Shown here: positions 41,826 to 52,112 of the stretch, in pieces
Position numbering within the stretch: position 1 is the first letter of the stretch
Layout of the letters: the number at the start of each line of letters is the position of its first letter
NCBI GenBank assembly: GCA_963775465.1
Contig: CAVZIW010000003.1
Location: 256,001 to 320,000 of the forward strand
Direction: 5' to 3'
Length of the DNA: 64,000 bases
DNA from: Candidatus Bathyarchaeota archaeon
GTDB lineage: Archaea; Thermoproteota; Bathyarchaeia; Bathyarchaeales; Bathycorpusculaceae
Translations under genes and position numbers: made by a program
The notes under the pieces: model-generated
The model's input: only the letters and a program-made list of their open reading frames with translations
Database searches by the model: none
Told to the model about the DNA's origin: nothing

Positions 41826-41865
41826 ACAAGTATGGTATCCTTAAAGAACCCGAGGGTAGCAAAAC

Positions 41866-43890
41866 TCAAGGGATAATTGGTTTTTTGATTGAAGGTGGAA
41901 TTATCTCCATTATTTCGTCTCTCCCTAGATAGCCCTCGGTTCCAGCTCCCGAATATTTAGATTTAGGGTGTATGAATGTGACAAATGCATCAAATCCGTT
42001 TGTGTCTATTTTGAAGTTATAACCCGAAGGGAGTGTTGCAACATAAGACCCTGTTCTTAGATTACCATAGCCTTCAATAATAATGCAAGCAGGCGGAACC
42101 ACATATTTCCCTATTAGAGGTATGGGAATAGACCAAGCAGAAAACATTGCGTTACCATGAACCCTTACTTCAAATTTATTGTGATCAACAAGTCTGATGT
42201 TGTCTTGTGCTGGAGTTCCCTTGAACCAAATCTTATATGCTTCATGCGACCTCTTATTATCCCCCATAACAACTACGGGTACAAAAGTGGAACCCTGATG
42301 AGTCTTCATCCATACAGACACTGATACCAAGTCCTCTCTTCCAAGTGATGATTTCTTTTCAACATGATAAAAGTGGAAAAGCATCTTAGGGAGATTAAAG
42401 TAGTCAGGTGGGTGAATTAATGCATGTCCAGTACTTTGGTAAGCCCTTACAACATCCTTTGTAATATCTTTAACTGGGTATTCTTTTGCATTTATGAACT
42501 CCATTATAATGTCTTTATCATTTTTTAATCCGAGTGATTTCTCTTCACTCTTTCCTATTGAATTTCTGTATACATTATAGGTTTTTTCATCCACATTTGG
42601 TACTATTGAAGGGGGAGAAGGACCTAAAAATTGTGTTAGCGGTGAATTTGATGGTGGGCTTGCAGTTCTCCATGTATTTACAAAGGTTCTAATAGTCTTA
42701 TTTTCATAATCATGATCTCCGACAAGAAAGAAACTATCTGATTCTGAAAAATCGGCATTCTGTTGATAAAGGTATTTTCTATCCACAATAATTGAAGGAA
42801 AATAACCATATGAAACGTGCTTCACTTTACAAAATTCCAGAAACTTTTTTGAAAGATGCAAGTTTTCATTTGTAATTGGAGCCATTATTTTTATTGAAAT
42901 CCCTAAATCGGAAAGCTTCTGAAGATTATTTTCAGGAAGTGCCTCCAATCCTTCCGAGGAAGTCACAATAATTAGCTCTTTCTTAGCTGAATTGAACACT
43001 CTGTCAATCTTCTTTTTTGTTATAACCAAGTGTGGATCAATTTTGTTCGAAATGCCACTAATTTTCAAATCATCTATCTTTTGTGAAAGCTTTATCGAGT
43101 TTTGCCAAAGGTTTTCAAAAACAATAAAAAATGCGTTGATGATTGATTTAGAGTTCGTGCAAAGACAAGTTAATTCTTTTGAAATCACTTCGTCTGGGTT
43201 AGAAAGAAATATAATAATTTCATTTTTATCTTGAATCGCCATTCTAGAAAATGAAGGAAATCTCATTCTGGGATCTATTCCTCTTAAATCAAGTCGACAG
43301 TCTAATTTTGATTTGAGGATTTTATATAATTTCAAGTTCTGCATTGACAACTGTGTGAGCACTCGAAATTGAGTATTAGATTTTATTGGATGACTATTTG
43401 CGTAATCAAAGACTTCAGACCGTTCAGCTTTAAGTAAATCGGAAACAGTGAATGTTATTAAGAATTGATTATTAGCATCCTTTATCATCTGGGATATCTT
43501 TTGGAATATCTTTTTTTCTCCCTTAATCACGGAAAACTTTTCGATTGAAGATTCAAGTTCAGTTTGGCTGATCGCATTCCAATCATAAAGAAGATCTTTT
43601 TTAGTTTCTTCAATTTGGGTAACCTCTTCCTTTTTGGACCTGATAAATGAATCAATTACTTTCTCAAGAGGTATTGCAGCAAAACGAGCAGGTGATTCAA
43701 GAACAATTTCGATTAGTCCCTTCTTTTGAAGGCTCTTTAAGCTTCGATAGACTTGACCTCTGTTCATTTTCAAATATTCGGTTATTATTCCAAGTTTGAC
43801 GGCTCCTTTCTTTCCAAGAAACAGATATATCTCAGCTTCCTTTTCTGAAACACCAAATTTCTTTAATGTCTCCTGGAGAGTGCTCTTCAA
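41866..43890 (-). CDS. TrmB-family transcriptional regulator with duplicated effector domains
   Basis: LKKFGVSEKEAEIY...QVYRSLKSLQKKGLI...PARF wHTH; two TrmB/PLD-like sensing domains. Confidence 0.85.
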   Translation of the reverse strand: MKSTLQETLKKFGVSEKEAEIYLFLGKKGAVKLGIITEYLKMNRGQVYRSLKSLQKKGLIEIVLESPARFAAIPLEKVIDSFIRSKKEEVTQIEETKKDLLYDWNAISQTELESSIEKFSVIKGEKKIFQKISQMIKDANNQFLITFTVSDLLKAERSEVFDYANSHPIKSNTQFRVLTQLSMQNLKLYKILKSKLDCRLDLRGIDPRMRFPSFSRMAIQDKNEIIIFLSNPDEVISKELTCLCTNSKSIINAFFIVFENLWQNSIKLSQKIDDLKISGISNKIDPHLVITKKKIDRVFNSAKKELIIVTSSEGLEALPENNLQKLSDLGISIKIMAPITNENLHLSKKFLEFCKVKHVSYGYFPSIIVDRKYLYQQNADFSESDSFFLVGDHDYENKTIRTFVNTWRTASPPSNSPLTQFLGPSPPSIVPNVDEKTYNVYRNSIGKSEEKSLGLKNDKDIIMEFINAKEYPVKDITKDVVRAYQSTGHALIHPPDYFNLPKMLFHFYHVEKKSSLGREDLVSVSVWMKTHQGSTFVPVVVMGDNKRSHEAYKIWFKGTPAQDNIRLVDHNKFEVRVHGNAMFSAWSIPIPLIGKYVVPPACIIIEGYGNLRTGSYVATLPSGYNFKIDTNGFDAFVTFIHPKSKYSGAGTEGYLGRDEIMEIIPPSIKKPIIP

Positions 43891-44022
43891 TTTTTCTCAC
43901 TTAATTTACTTAAGTGATGGTTGTACAAGCAACCAACCCAATTTTAAATACAATTAGTATCTTAACAATTTTTCGATGATAAGAATTGAATTTCTGTTAG
44001 AATCGTCAAAGGAGGTGAAAAA

Positions 44023-45024
44023 ATGAAAAGGAAAAATTTGATATCTGTCATTGCTTTATTGGCAATAATATTGCTTGTATCACCATTTTTTGGAACAGTA
44101 GAGGCATGCAAGTGTAATAAATCTAAACTGTATCGTTACTATCCTAATATAGCAATAACTGATATGGGATCCTATTCCGAATACGTTGGGACTCTTGGTG
44201 GGGCAAGCTTTGTAATTCGCATTCCTGTTGAGTGGAATGGCATGTTAGTTGTTGGGTGTCATGGTTACATTAGCACTGAATCTTTCCCACCGAATGCACA
44301 GTTTAAACTTGACCAATTTGTTGATATTGAAAGTGATAGTTTAGTCTTTAGCCTAATTGAACGAGGATTTGCTTATGCGGCATCAAGTTATGGAAGCGGA
44401 GGCTTCAACATTAAAGAAGCTATGATACGCACCCACCAATTGACAAAGTATGTCATAGACAATTTCGGTGTAACTGGAAAAGTAATTCTTGTCGGGCACT
44501 CCGAAGGAGGATGCGTTTCTTTGCTTCTAGGAGAGAAATATCCAAACCTATACACTGGTGTGCTTGATATTTACGGATTAAAAGACAATATTGCTGCCTA
44601 TGAGTGGGGAACGCTTTGGGCAAGTCATACGGTTGCAGAACTAAGAGTAATGTTGGGTATTCCCAACCCTCCAATAGGACCAGATGATGCCACTCTACTT
44701 TTCCTGCAGACTTTCTTAACTGATTTAGCACATGAAATGGAAACTGAGTTTAAGGGTAATCCTGAAGAACGACCTGAAGCATGGGCAAGATACTCGCCTA
44801 TGTGTCATGCAGACATAAAAATTCCTGTGATATCTATAAACCAACCTTTCGATTTGCTAGTCTCAATAACACAAATAGAAAATTATGCAACTGCTGTTAC
44901 AGCCGCTGGCAGTTCAGAATATCTCAAGACATATATTGACTATGGCGTTCACTTGGTTGCTCCAGATGATCAACTAGTTTTAGATTATGTAAATGAATTA
45001 GTAAATTATCCTAGCGAATGGTAA
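44023..45024 (+). CDS. Secreted alpha/beta hydrolase
   Basis: GGAGGTG SD, signal peptide, WNGMLVVGCHGY, GHSEGG nucleophile elbow. Confidence 0.8.
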   Translation: MKRKNLISVIALLAIILLVSPFFGTVEACKCNKSKLYRYYPNIAITDMGSYSEYVGTLGGASFVIRIPVEWNGMLVVGCHGYISTESFPPNAQFKLDQFVDIESDSLVFSLIERGFAYAASSYGSGGFNIKEAMIRTHQLTKYVIDNFGVTGKVILVGHSEGGCVSLLLGEKYPNLYTGVLDIYGLKDNIAAYEWGTLWASHTVAELRVMLGIPNPPIGPDDATLLFLQTFLTDLAHEMETEFKGNPEERPEAWARYSPMCHADIKIPVISINQPFDLLVSITQIENYATAVTAAGSSEYLKTYIDYGVHLVAPDDQLVLDYVNELVNYPSEW

Positions 45025-45223
45025 AGCAATAAGTACAAAAGATTTAGATCTTCAATCTCCTTTTTTCTTTAACACCAAATTTGGGAAAAGCGAGAACGAA
45101 ATCCAAAACGTATTCAAAGAATTACAGAAATTACTAAACTCATAAGACCATTCTATAGATGAAGACTGCCCTAGCATCAACTCCTTTTATATTATATCTT
45201 ACAGTGACTTGATTGCTCTATCC

Positions 45224-45390
45224 CGTATACTCGATTCCGTATATACTATCTCTATATGATTAATCTGCTATGTATTCTAAACCCTGTCTACTGCTAAGAA
45301 TGCCTTAGCTGCCTAGCCAGGTTGGTTGGTGGATTAAATTTTAATGCCCTCTCTCTCTACTTGGTACTAAAATTTAATCAAACCAACCAA
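45224..45390 (-). repeat. Dispersed non-coding element, copy C (partial, direct repeat of B, ends in a hairpin)
   Basis: cgtatactcgattc...tctatatgatt...ttagct...ggtggattaaattttaatgccctctctctct matches 41613-41740. Confidence 0.85.
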
Positions 45391-45457
45391 TGCCAAAAGT
45401 GGGTCTTGCAGGGGTTTCTTCTAAAATAACTTAAGCAACCTGTGTAGCTCTATTCTC

Positions 45458-45682
45458 ATGAGATATTACAGTGAGCGTGTTATCTTATACTCTTATTTAA
45501 TTGCGGTTTTGATTGCGGTAGTTTTGCTTGTGAGTTTGTTTGTGTTGAAGATTCTTTTTCCTGAATGGGGTTTTACCCCCAAGGTAATTCTTTTCGGAAC
45601 AATCGTGGCTACGTTAGCCGTCGCGGTTATTCTAATCATATATAGAAGGAAGAAATATGTTGAGTATTTGCTTAACGGTTAA
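45458..45682 (+). CDS. Small two-TM membrane protein
   Basis: 74 aa, TM-loop-TM-RRKK. Confidence 0.65.
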   Translation: MRYYSERVILYSYLIAVLIAVVLLVSLFVLKILFPEWGFTPKVILFGTIVATLAVAVILIIYRRKKYVEYLLNG

Positions 45683-45878
45683 ATCTTTACCAAAAATTAA
45701 GTCTGACCGAAATTTTCCTTAAAAATCTGGCAAACAATAAAACAAGCCTCGAAGATTCCTCAATGCTGAAGGATTTTAGCTGACACCAGAAGAGATGCAG
45801 ACCTATTCAGTTTGTTATAGAGGCACCTAACAAAAGCTATTTTAGTTTGAAAATACCACTTTTATTTGAGCTATTTTT

Positions 45879-46520
45879 ATGTTTAAAAAGGTTGCAGCTC
45901 TTGCAGTTTTGCTTGTTATTTTGCTAATCCCTTTGGTTGAGGCAGACATTTCTGTTGGTGTCAAACCAGGTGACTGGATGGAGTACTCCGTCAGCACAAC
46001 TGGTACCCCTCCAGAAGCACATGATGTAACTTGGGCAAGAATGGAAATTATGGACGTTGAAGGGTCAGTGTTGCATGCCAACATAACTGTTATTAACGTC
46101 AATGGAGAGGTATCGAGCTCAATTAGGACCTTTAATTTTACTGCAGGACAAGTTCAAGCATGGATAATTATCCCCTCAAACCTTAATCCAGGCGACACAT
46201 TCTACGACGCATCCATACCTGGAGATGTAACGATTCAAGGGCAAGAACAAAAAACCGTGGCAGGCGCAACTCGAACAATCACTTACGCAAGCGACCCAGA
46301 CAAGTACAAAGAGTGGGACAAAGCAACAGGCATGTACACTGAAACAATGGACAACCTAGAAAACTATACTATAAACGCATATGCAACAGCTACTAACATG
46401 TGGGCTCCTCAAATCTTAGGATTGGACCAAACCGTCTTCTACGCAATTGTCACATTGGTCGTTGCAGTGATCGTGGTGGCTGTTTTAGTGTTAGTTGTTT
46501 TTCGAAGAAAACGCAAGTGA
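45879..46520 (+). CDS. Secreted C-terminally anchored protein (GVxxGDWxEY family), paralog 1
   Basis: Signal peptide, GVKPGDWMEY, WDKATG, ATNMW, TM+RRKRK. Confidence 0.85.
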   Translation: MFKKVAALAVLLVILLIPLVEADISVGVKPGDWMEYSVSTTGTPPEAHDVTWARMEIMDVEGSVLHANITVINVNGEVSSSIRTFNFTAGQVQAWIIIPSNLNPGDTFYDASIPGDVTIQGQEQKTVAGATRTITYASDPDKYKEWDKATGMYTETMDNLENYTINAYATATNMWAPQILGLDQTVFYAIVTLVVAVIVVAVLVLVVFRRKRK

Positions 46521-46558
46521 CTAATCACTAAAAGGCAGTCTTGATCAGCATCTAATGT

Positions 46559-47248
46559 ATGAGTAAAATCGGGAAGGAAATGGAAAAAATACTAAGAAAC
46601 AGATTTTTTCTTGGTTTCCTAATTGCCATTTTAATCGGTCTCCTATCTGCAAGCGTTGCCCAAGGAGAAATCTCAGTTGGCGTAAGCAGAGGAGATTGGA
46701 TAGAATATAAAGTAACCACAACAGGGAACCCTCCCGAGCAATTCAACGTGACATGGGCTAAAATGCAGATCGTAAAAGTTGACGGCTCAATAATTGAAAC
46801 CAACATCACCACAAGAGCAACCAACGGAACAATATCAAGTCTAACAATGACTCTTAACTTGGAAAAAGGAGAAGTTGGAGCATGGTTTATCATTCCACCC
46901 AACCTCAAGCCGGAAGATTCCTTCCTTGATTCCACGGGTCAACACGTAATAATCCAAGGCGAGCAACAATTAATCTGGGCAGGAGATAAAAGGGCAATAA
47001 CAAACGCTACAACATCTCAGAGAATTAAGCATTGGGATAAATCAACAGGCGTTTTTGTTGAATGCATCGATGTCTTCGATAGTTATTCTATTAACGCAAC
47101 AGCGATTAAGACAAATATGTGGGGAAATCAGGAAGCGACTGGTTCACTCCTCATAAATCCAGAAGGCCTATTTGTTATATTAGCAATAAGCTTAACAATA
47201 GTGGGCGTTGGTATTCTAGGGTGGAGAGCAAGAAAAGAAATTTTGTGA
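46559..47248 (+). CDS. Secreted C-terminally anchored protein (GVxxGDWxEY family), paralog 2
   Basis: GVSRGDWIEY, WDKSTG, KTNMW; tandem paralog. Confidence 0.85.
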   Translation: MSKIGKEMEKILRNRFFLGFLIAILIGLLSASVAQGEISVGVSRGDWIEYKVTTTGNPPEQFNVTWAKMQIVKVDGSIIETNITTRATNGTISSLTMTLNLEKGEVGAWFIIPPNLKPEDSFLDSTGQHVIIQGEQQLIWAGDKRAITNATTSQRIKHWDKSTGVFVECIDVFDSYSINATAIKTNMWGNQEATGSLLINPEGLFVILAISLTIVGVGILGWRARKEIL

Positions 47249-47419
47249 ATTGATAAAAAGAAATACGTCTTCTTTAGATTAGCAGTTTAAGAAACTAGGA
47301 TTGCAAGGACAGGAGTAGACGAGGAGGTTTTTCGGGTCTATTTTTCATAGTGACCAGAAGAGTTTTTTCCAACTTTTTTCGCTTGCAGTACCAACGTTGT
47401 ATTGTGGAGTTTTCTTATT

Positions 47420-47753
47420 ACTCAGTCGCAGTCGCAAATTAACGGGATAAACGGAAACAATATACGTTGGAGTGCTAGCAAGCCTCGACTTATCAGATGG
47501 AAATATTCTACACACGACAAATATCCAAAGAAACTGTTCCATAGGCGATTATTTGTCACCAAAACCCGTCCTCGGCTTATCTACACTAGAAAACACCGCT
47601 TATCTAACTGCGCAAACTGACCTTTGGATCATCAACCAAGAAAATGGAAAAATAATACAAAATCAAGACTACGATTACACCACCATTTCTCCATTGCTAG
47701 CAAACAACAAAGTGTTAGTAGCAACGGACCTTTACCTAACAGCCTACGATTAA
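47420..47753 (+). pseudogene. 3' fragment of a PQQ-like beta-propeller protein
   Basis: LASLDLSDGNIL...SPLLANNKVLVATDLYLTAYD; no 5' part or signal peptide. Confidence 0.5.
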
Positions 47754-47971
47754 CCCAGGCATTGCATTGACACGTGCTTGTTTAAACTAAAATCTAAAAG
47801 ATAAGTTTGATAAACTTAACATTATCTGTTGCCGTTTCTGATCTTGACGGCACTGACTGCTCAAGTACCTATCCCGTGCATAACGTGGGAAACAGACTAT
47901 TGAGAGAAGAAATTTGGCATAGCAAACAAGACTTGAGATATTAGCATTTGTTGATTATTGCCGTATTTGTT

Positions 47972-48409
47972 TTACTTTATAGATATGGGATCTTGAAAGT
48001 TCAGAGTTGAGTTTTTCCATTTTATTTTTTGTAGAACTACAAGTTCCTTATCATGGGTGTACATCTGTGTCAGTTTGTTGGCTAAGAAATTAGCTGCAAT
48101 CAAGCCATCTCTTCCTCCAAGTTTATAATGCTCAGATAAACTTAGGGCTATTTGGGAAATATTTTTTGTTTGGCTAAAAAATTCTACGTATGGGTTTTTG
48201 AGCAGTATCCTTAGGGCGCCTGAAGCATCTTGGGGTAGCCATTTTTGCGAGTAAACAAGCACATGAAATGCTTCATGGATTATTGTTGGGTTTACAGCTA
48301 TTCGATTTTCCGAAGAAAGTTTTAGCAATAACTCTTTTGTTTTTTTGTGTTCAAGGTAGGCGTCGTCGAGGGCATAACACAGGATGTTTGCATCCAAGCC
48401 CACAATCAC
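47972..48409 (-). CDS. vapC: PIN-domain toxin VapC
   Basis: GLDANIL, IIHE, RDGLIAA, YTHD; GTGA overlap with the antitoxin. Confidence 0.85.
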   Translation of the reverse strand: MIVGLDANILCYALDDAYLEHKKTKELLLKLSSENRIAVNPTIIHEAFHVLVYSQKWLPQDASGALRILLKNPYVEFFSQTKNISQIALSLSEHYKLGGRDGLIAANFLANKLTQMYTHDKELVVLQKIKWKNSTLNFQDPISIK

Positions 48410-48651
48410 TGGGGTTTGCTCCAAATAGACTTCATCTTTTCTGTAGACCAATTCTCAGGTTTCCCTGTGCGACGATGCTTAGATGTTATTATTTTATGCA
48501 ACTCTTCAATAGCATCTTTTTGTTTGCCTGGGAGTAAGAGGTAGCCAGCGCTTGTTTTTTTCAGGGTTGCGGTGTCTCCGATCTGTTCTCGTATTCCTGT
48601 AGGTATGCAGATTCTTCCTTTTGAATCAACTTTAAGGTTTACCTCCTCCAT
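48406..48651 (-). CDS. AbrB/MazE-type antitoxin
   Basis: KVDSKGRICIPTGIRE. Confidence 0.85.
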   Translation of the reverse strand: MEEVNLKVDSKGRICIPTGIREQIGDTATLKKTSAGYLLLPGKQKDAIEELHKIITSKHRRTGKPENWSTEKMKSIWSKPQ

Positions 48652-48999
48652 AATTCCCACAACAATTAGTGGGATGATCATGCATTTAAACTTAATTAAA
48701 AGACAGACCAAATCCAATAAACACATTAAAACATGATCATAAGCACATGGATAGTTGCGGTTTAAAAAAAGCTAAAGTAGCATTCCTGAAATACTCGGGC
48801 TTAACAGCTAAACAGTTTACTCCTCCATACTTACAGGGTCACCTCATTGAATCAACTGGTTTATTGGTTTACCGCAAAAAAAACAAACGCTAAATTTTTT
48901 ATTTTGCGATGATACAAATTTCGAAGTTGTAATGGGAATGGTAAAGCTCCTCCAAGTCAAAAGACAAAGCTTAAAACTTAAACGAACAAATAGAAAAAC

Positions 49000-49413
49000 A
49001 TGTCAGAAAACCAGCCAGAACAACCCAAAAAGCGTGACGGGGGGCTAGCTTTTTGGCTTATAATAATTCTGCTTGGAAATACTATGTTTCTGCTTTCTCA
49101 AGTACCTAGTATGCGTTTCCTTTTTTTCCCCTTGGGAACAATTCTTCTCTCTATTTTCGATGTTCTCTCTACTGGTGGTCTTCCGCTTTGGTCAATACCG
49201 CTTTTTATCATTTACTCAATAATTAGCACTTGCTCAATCATAGCAGTTTTCATGTGGAGAAAACTCGGATTTTACGCAATATGCCTAACCGCTTTTGCTG
49301 GATTCATAACTAGTATAATTGCTGGAATTTTAACACTCGCCATAATAGTTAATTCTGCAAGTATTGTTATATTGAGCATACTATTGCGCACAGAATGGAA
49401 GCTGTTCCGATAA
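49000..49413 (+). CDS. Multi-pass membrane protein
   Basis: About four hydrophobic helices; WRKLGFY. Confidence 0.75.
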   Translation: MSENQPEQPKKRDGGLAFWLIIILLGNTMFLLSQVPSMRFLFFPLGTILLSIFDVLSTGGLPLWSIPLFIIYSIISTCSIIAVFMWRKLGFYAICLTAFAGFITSIIAGILTLAIIVNSASIVILSILLRTEWKLFR

Positions 49414-49565
49414 CAGAATAAACAAAAAGAATTGCCGTTTTTCTTAAAAATTAATACTCTCTTTTGTTTGACTCGTTAGTTCGACTTTGGCTTTTCATGT
49501 TAAAAACATTAGTTTTCTTGGCTTTTGGATGTTTACACACGTTTTTCGAAGGCTTTATGGTTGAA

Positions 49566-49596
49566 ATTAAATTTTAATCTTTTTCCCTCAAACTAT
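49566..49596 (+). repeat. Right-end fragment of the dispersed element (copy E)
   Basis: attaaattttaatc-tttttcc-ctcaaactat, as at the ends of A and D. Confidence 0.55.
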
Positions 49597-49612
49597 AAAA
49601 CGTTGCAAGATC

Positions 49613-51088
49613 TCACTTTTTATGTTTTCTGAAGTGGAACAGGATAGCAGTTCCGATAACGGCGATAGTGATTATTATTATAATTATTATTCGAAAGTCC
49701 ATGATTGGAGACTGCTCTGCAACCGTGTTTGTGTTCAAATTTACTGTTACATGATGTGTGCTATGAACATAGTTGAAACTAAGCAGCCAATAATCGTCAC
49801 TAGAAGTTATGACAACAGCAAGTTGCTCACCGTCTAGGTATACTCTGACGTTTTGAATGCTCGCAACAAGGCTCTTGGCTATTGTAACTTTAACATAGCC
49901 GGCTGTTCCTTGTGATCCATTGACTGTGAAGCTCAACTCGGAGTTTGTGCTATTAAAGAATAATTCTGTAACTGTGCTGTTTGATTCGACAAAGAAGAAG
50001 CTTTGGTTTGGGACTGGAATTTGAGTGGGCTCCAGGGTGGGGGTTAGAGGTGGTGTGGGGGTTGGCGTTGGCAATTGTGTTAATTTTTCGGCGGGCGGCA
50101 TTGCTTGAGGGTTTTCTTGTGTCAGGAATGGGATGTAAGTCACGTTTCCTAGATTGAAGTCTTTTTTGAAGTCGAGTATTGATTGATTGATGCTGTTTTC
50201 GTCGGTTGTTCCCCAATAGTTATGGCTGGCGTTGATGTTGCCTTTAATATCGACTAGGCGGAAATTGTAATTTTTGCTTCCATAGATGTTGTTGTTTGAA
50301 ATTGTGGGTGAAGGGTTACCTCCTCCGGCAATGCAGATTGCCTCAGTATTGTTGGCGATGGTGTTGTTTTTGATAATTGGGTTAAATATGCCTGATGAGC
50401 TTGGAATTATTATGCCATATCCGTTGTTGACGATAAGGTTGTTCTCGATTGAGGGAGCGCAATTGTGTCCACCGACGTATATTGCCTGACTCGTGTCAAA
50501 AAAAATATTCCCAATTATTGTCTCGTTTGAATTGTAAAGAACGATGCCGTCTCCTCCTTTAAAAAAGTTGTATGAAATCAGCGGTGAACCTCCAAAGGTT
50601 GATATTCTGCAGTTAAATGTGCTGTTGCTAATTTTGGGAGAGGACTCATCGATTTGTATGTTAGAGCGATCAAAAATGGCGTTTTCGATTATGCTGCCAC
50701 TGTTTGTTGCTTGGTTCCAGTCATCGCTTGAATTGGTGAAAAGTATTGCGGATCCTGTTGAGGAAGAACTTGATCCCTCACTAAAGACAATTGGTGCATC
50801 TGTTTTACCCTTAGCGACTAAGGTGCCATTAACTTGTATGTAGTTGTTACCCAGATTTATTGTGACTCCTTCTTCAATAGTTAGAGTTGCTCCATTAATT
50901 ATGGCTACTGCGCCGGTAAGAGTGTATGGGCTATTTGTTTTGGTCCAAGTTGTATTTTGGCTTATTATACCCTTTACATTGATGCCGTTTTGGGCTAATC
51001 CTAATGGGATCAAATCAAATAGTATCAAACTTGATGTTACCATGATTAAAGTTAAGATTAATACGGAGTTTTTGCTGATTTTGCCCAT
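49613..51088 (-). CDS. Cell-surface protein with right-handed beta-helix (NosD/CASH-like), PT linker and C-terminal anchor
   Basis: TTWTKTNSPY, PxIxNNxI repeats, NYWG, SNSTVT...FTVNG..GTAGYV domain, TM+RKHKK. Confidence 0.85.
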   Translation of the reverse strand: MGKISKNSVLILTLIMVTSSLILFDLIPLGLAQNGINVKGIISQNTTWTKTNSPYTLTGAVAIINGATLTIEEGVTINLGNNYIQVNGTLVAKGKTDAPIVFSEGSSSSSTGSAILFTNSSDDWNQATNSGSIIENAIFDRSNIQIDESSPKISNSTFNCRISTFGGSPLISYNFFKGGDGIVLYNSNETIIGNIFFDTSQAIYVGGHNCAPSIENNLIVNNGYGIIIPSSSGIFNPIIKNNTIANNTEAICIAGGGNPSPTISNNNIYGSKNYNFRLVDIKGNINASHNYWGTTDENSINQSILDFKKDFNLGNVTYIPFLTQENPQAMPPAEKLTQLPTPTPTPPLTPTLEPTQIPVPNQSFFFVESNSTVTELFFNSTNSELSFTVNGSQGTAGYVKVTIAKSLVASIQNVRVYLDGEQLAVVITSSDDYWLLSFNYVHSTHHVTVNLNTNTVAEQSPIMDFRIIIIIIITIAVIGTAILFHFRKHKK

Positions 51089-51169
51089 GCCTACAATTAG
51101 CATATCAACTCGATAAAAACCTATTCGTAAAGGATGCTTGACTATGATTAGTAGATTTTTCTTGACAAA

Positions 51170-51333
51170 GTGATTTTAGAGTTTGACACCGTGACTGAGT
51201 CAGACAGGGTTGACAGACAGACATTATATATTCACGGGGGCGTGCGTGTGAATAAGAGTAAACACACGTACATAGTAGCAAGAGAGAGAAAAAGATTAAA
51301 ATTTAATCTTTTTTTTCTCTCTCGAACTCAAAC
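51170..51333 (+). repeat. Dispersed non-coding element, copy D
   Basis: Core 51230-51262 differs from copy A by one base; GA tract; GATTAAAATTTAATC at 51294-51308; ACTCAAAC. Confidence 0.9.
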
Positions 51334-51443
51334 GCGTTACGGCTATTCACTGCCACTCACCCACTGTCTCCCTGCCAGTTTCACTCTGTCGACCAAATAG
51401 GCATTTGCGTTTCTTGAAGAAGCCAGACGGAATCATCGCAATA

Positions 51444-52037
51444 TCACAATGATAATTTTTGCGTATCCAGAACGGTCTTGTCCATCATTAATGTAACAGC
51501 AATACTCTTTCCGACGCTGGTATAAACAGAATAGCCAGTATTAACCCCCACAGTTATAACCTGTGACTCTTGAGGGTTAAGGACACCAAGCACTGGTCTC
51601 TCAAGATAAACATCAAAGCCATCCTGGTCTGCAACTTTGCCATTAGTCAAGATTTTGAAATCGATGGTCAAACCTCCAACATCTCTGTCACCTAAGTTCT
51701 TAACCGTAATGTAGAATTCCTTCGATAAAGTCACCCCAACTAGATTCATCCAAGACGTTGAAGAAACATTTGACATTGTCACATTATAATTTGGATTTTG
51801 GAGGCCATATAGTTTGGCTTCAAGAGTACTCACCTGGGTCTGGATTGCGCCAGTTAGGGTCTCATAGTATTCTATCTGTTCTTGAAGGTAAAAAATCTGG
51901 TTTTGGGAATCACCTAACTGCCTCTGAAAAATCCATGTGGAAAAAACCAGAGTAGATATTACAATTAACAGCATAGAGAAAACAAATATTTTACGCACTG
52001 GAATCCGCCTGTGTTTAACGATAACTGAAGAATTCAT
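51444..52037 (-). CDS. Membrane-anchored coiled-coil + Ig/CARDB-like protein
   Basis: TM, heptads, VKNLGDRDVGGLTI...VTLMMDKTVLD. Confidence 0.8.
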   Translation of the reverse strand: MNSSVIVKHRRIPVRKIFVFSMLLIVISTLVFSTWIFQRQLGDSQNQIFYLQEQIEYYETLTGAIQTQVSTLEAKLYGLQNPNYNVTMSNVSSTSWMNLVGVTLSKEFYITVKNLGDRDVGGLTIDFKILTNGKVADQDGFDVYLERPVLGVLNPQESQVITVGVNTGYSVYTSVGKSIAVTLMMDKTVLDTQKLSL

Positions 52038-52112
52038 TTTACCCCACCCTGGAAAAAACTACTACAAGAAACTTGCGCAACCGAAAAAATGATTTTATAC
52101 TCCATAATCTCC

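Noticed and set aside
48780-48830. LLAEYFRN-like scrap resembling the Cas1 tail
   Set aside because: Requires two indels within ten codons; indistinguishable from chance
40499-51333. Repeats as a CRISPR array or integron attC sites
   Set aside because: Copies are kilobases apart, in both orientations, without regular spacers; the hairpins lack the RYYYAAC...GTTRRRY arrangement and no IntI gene is seen
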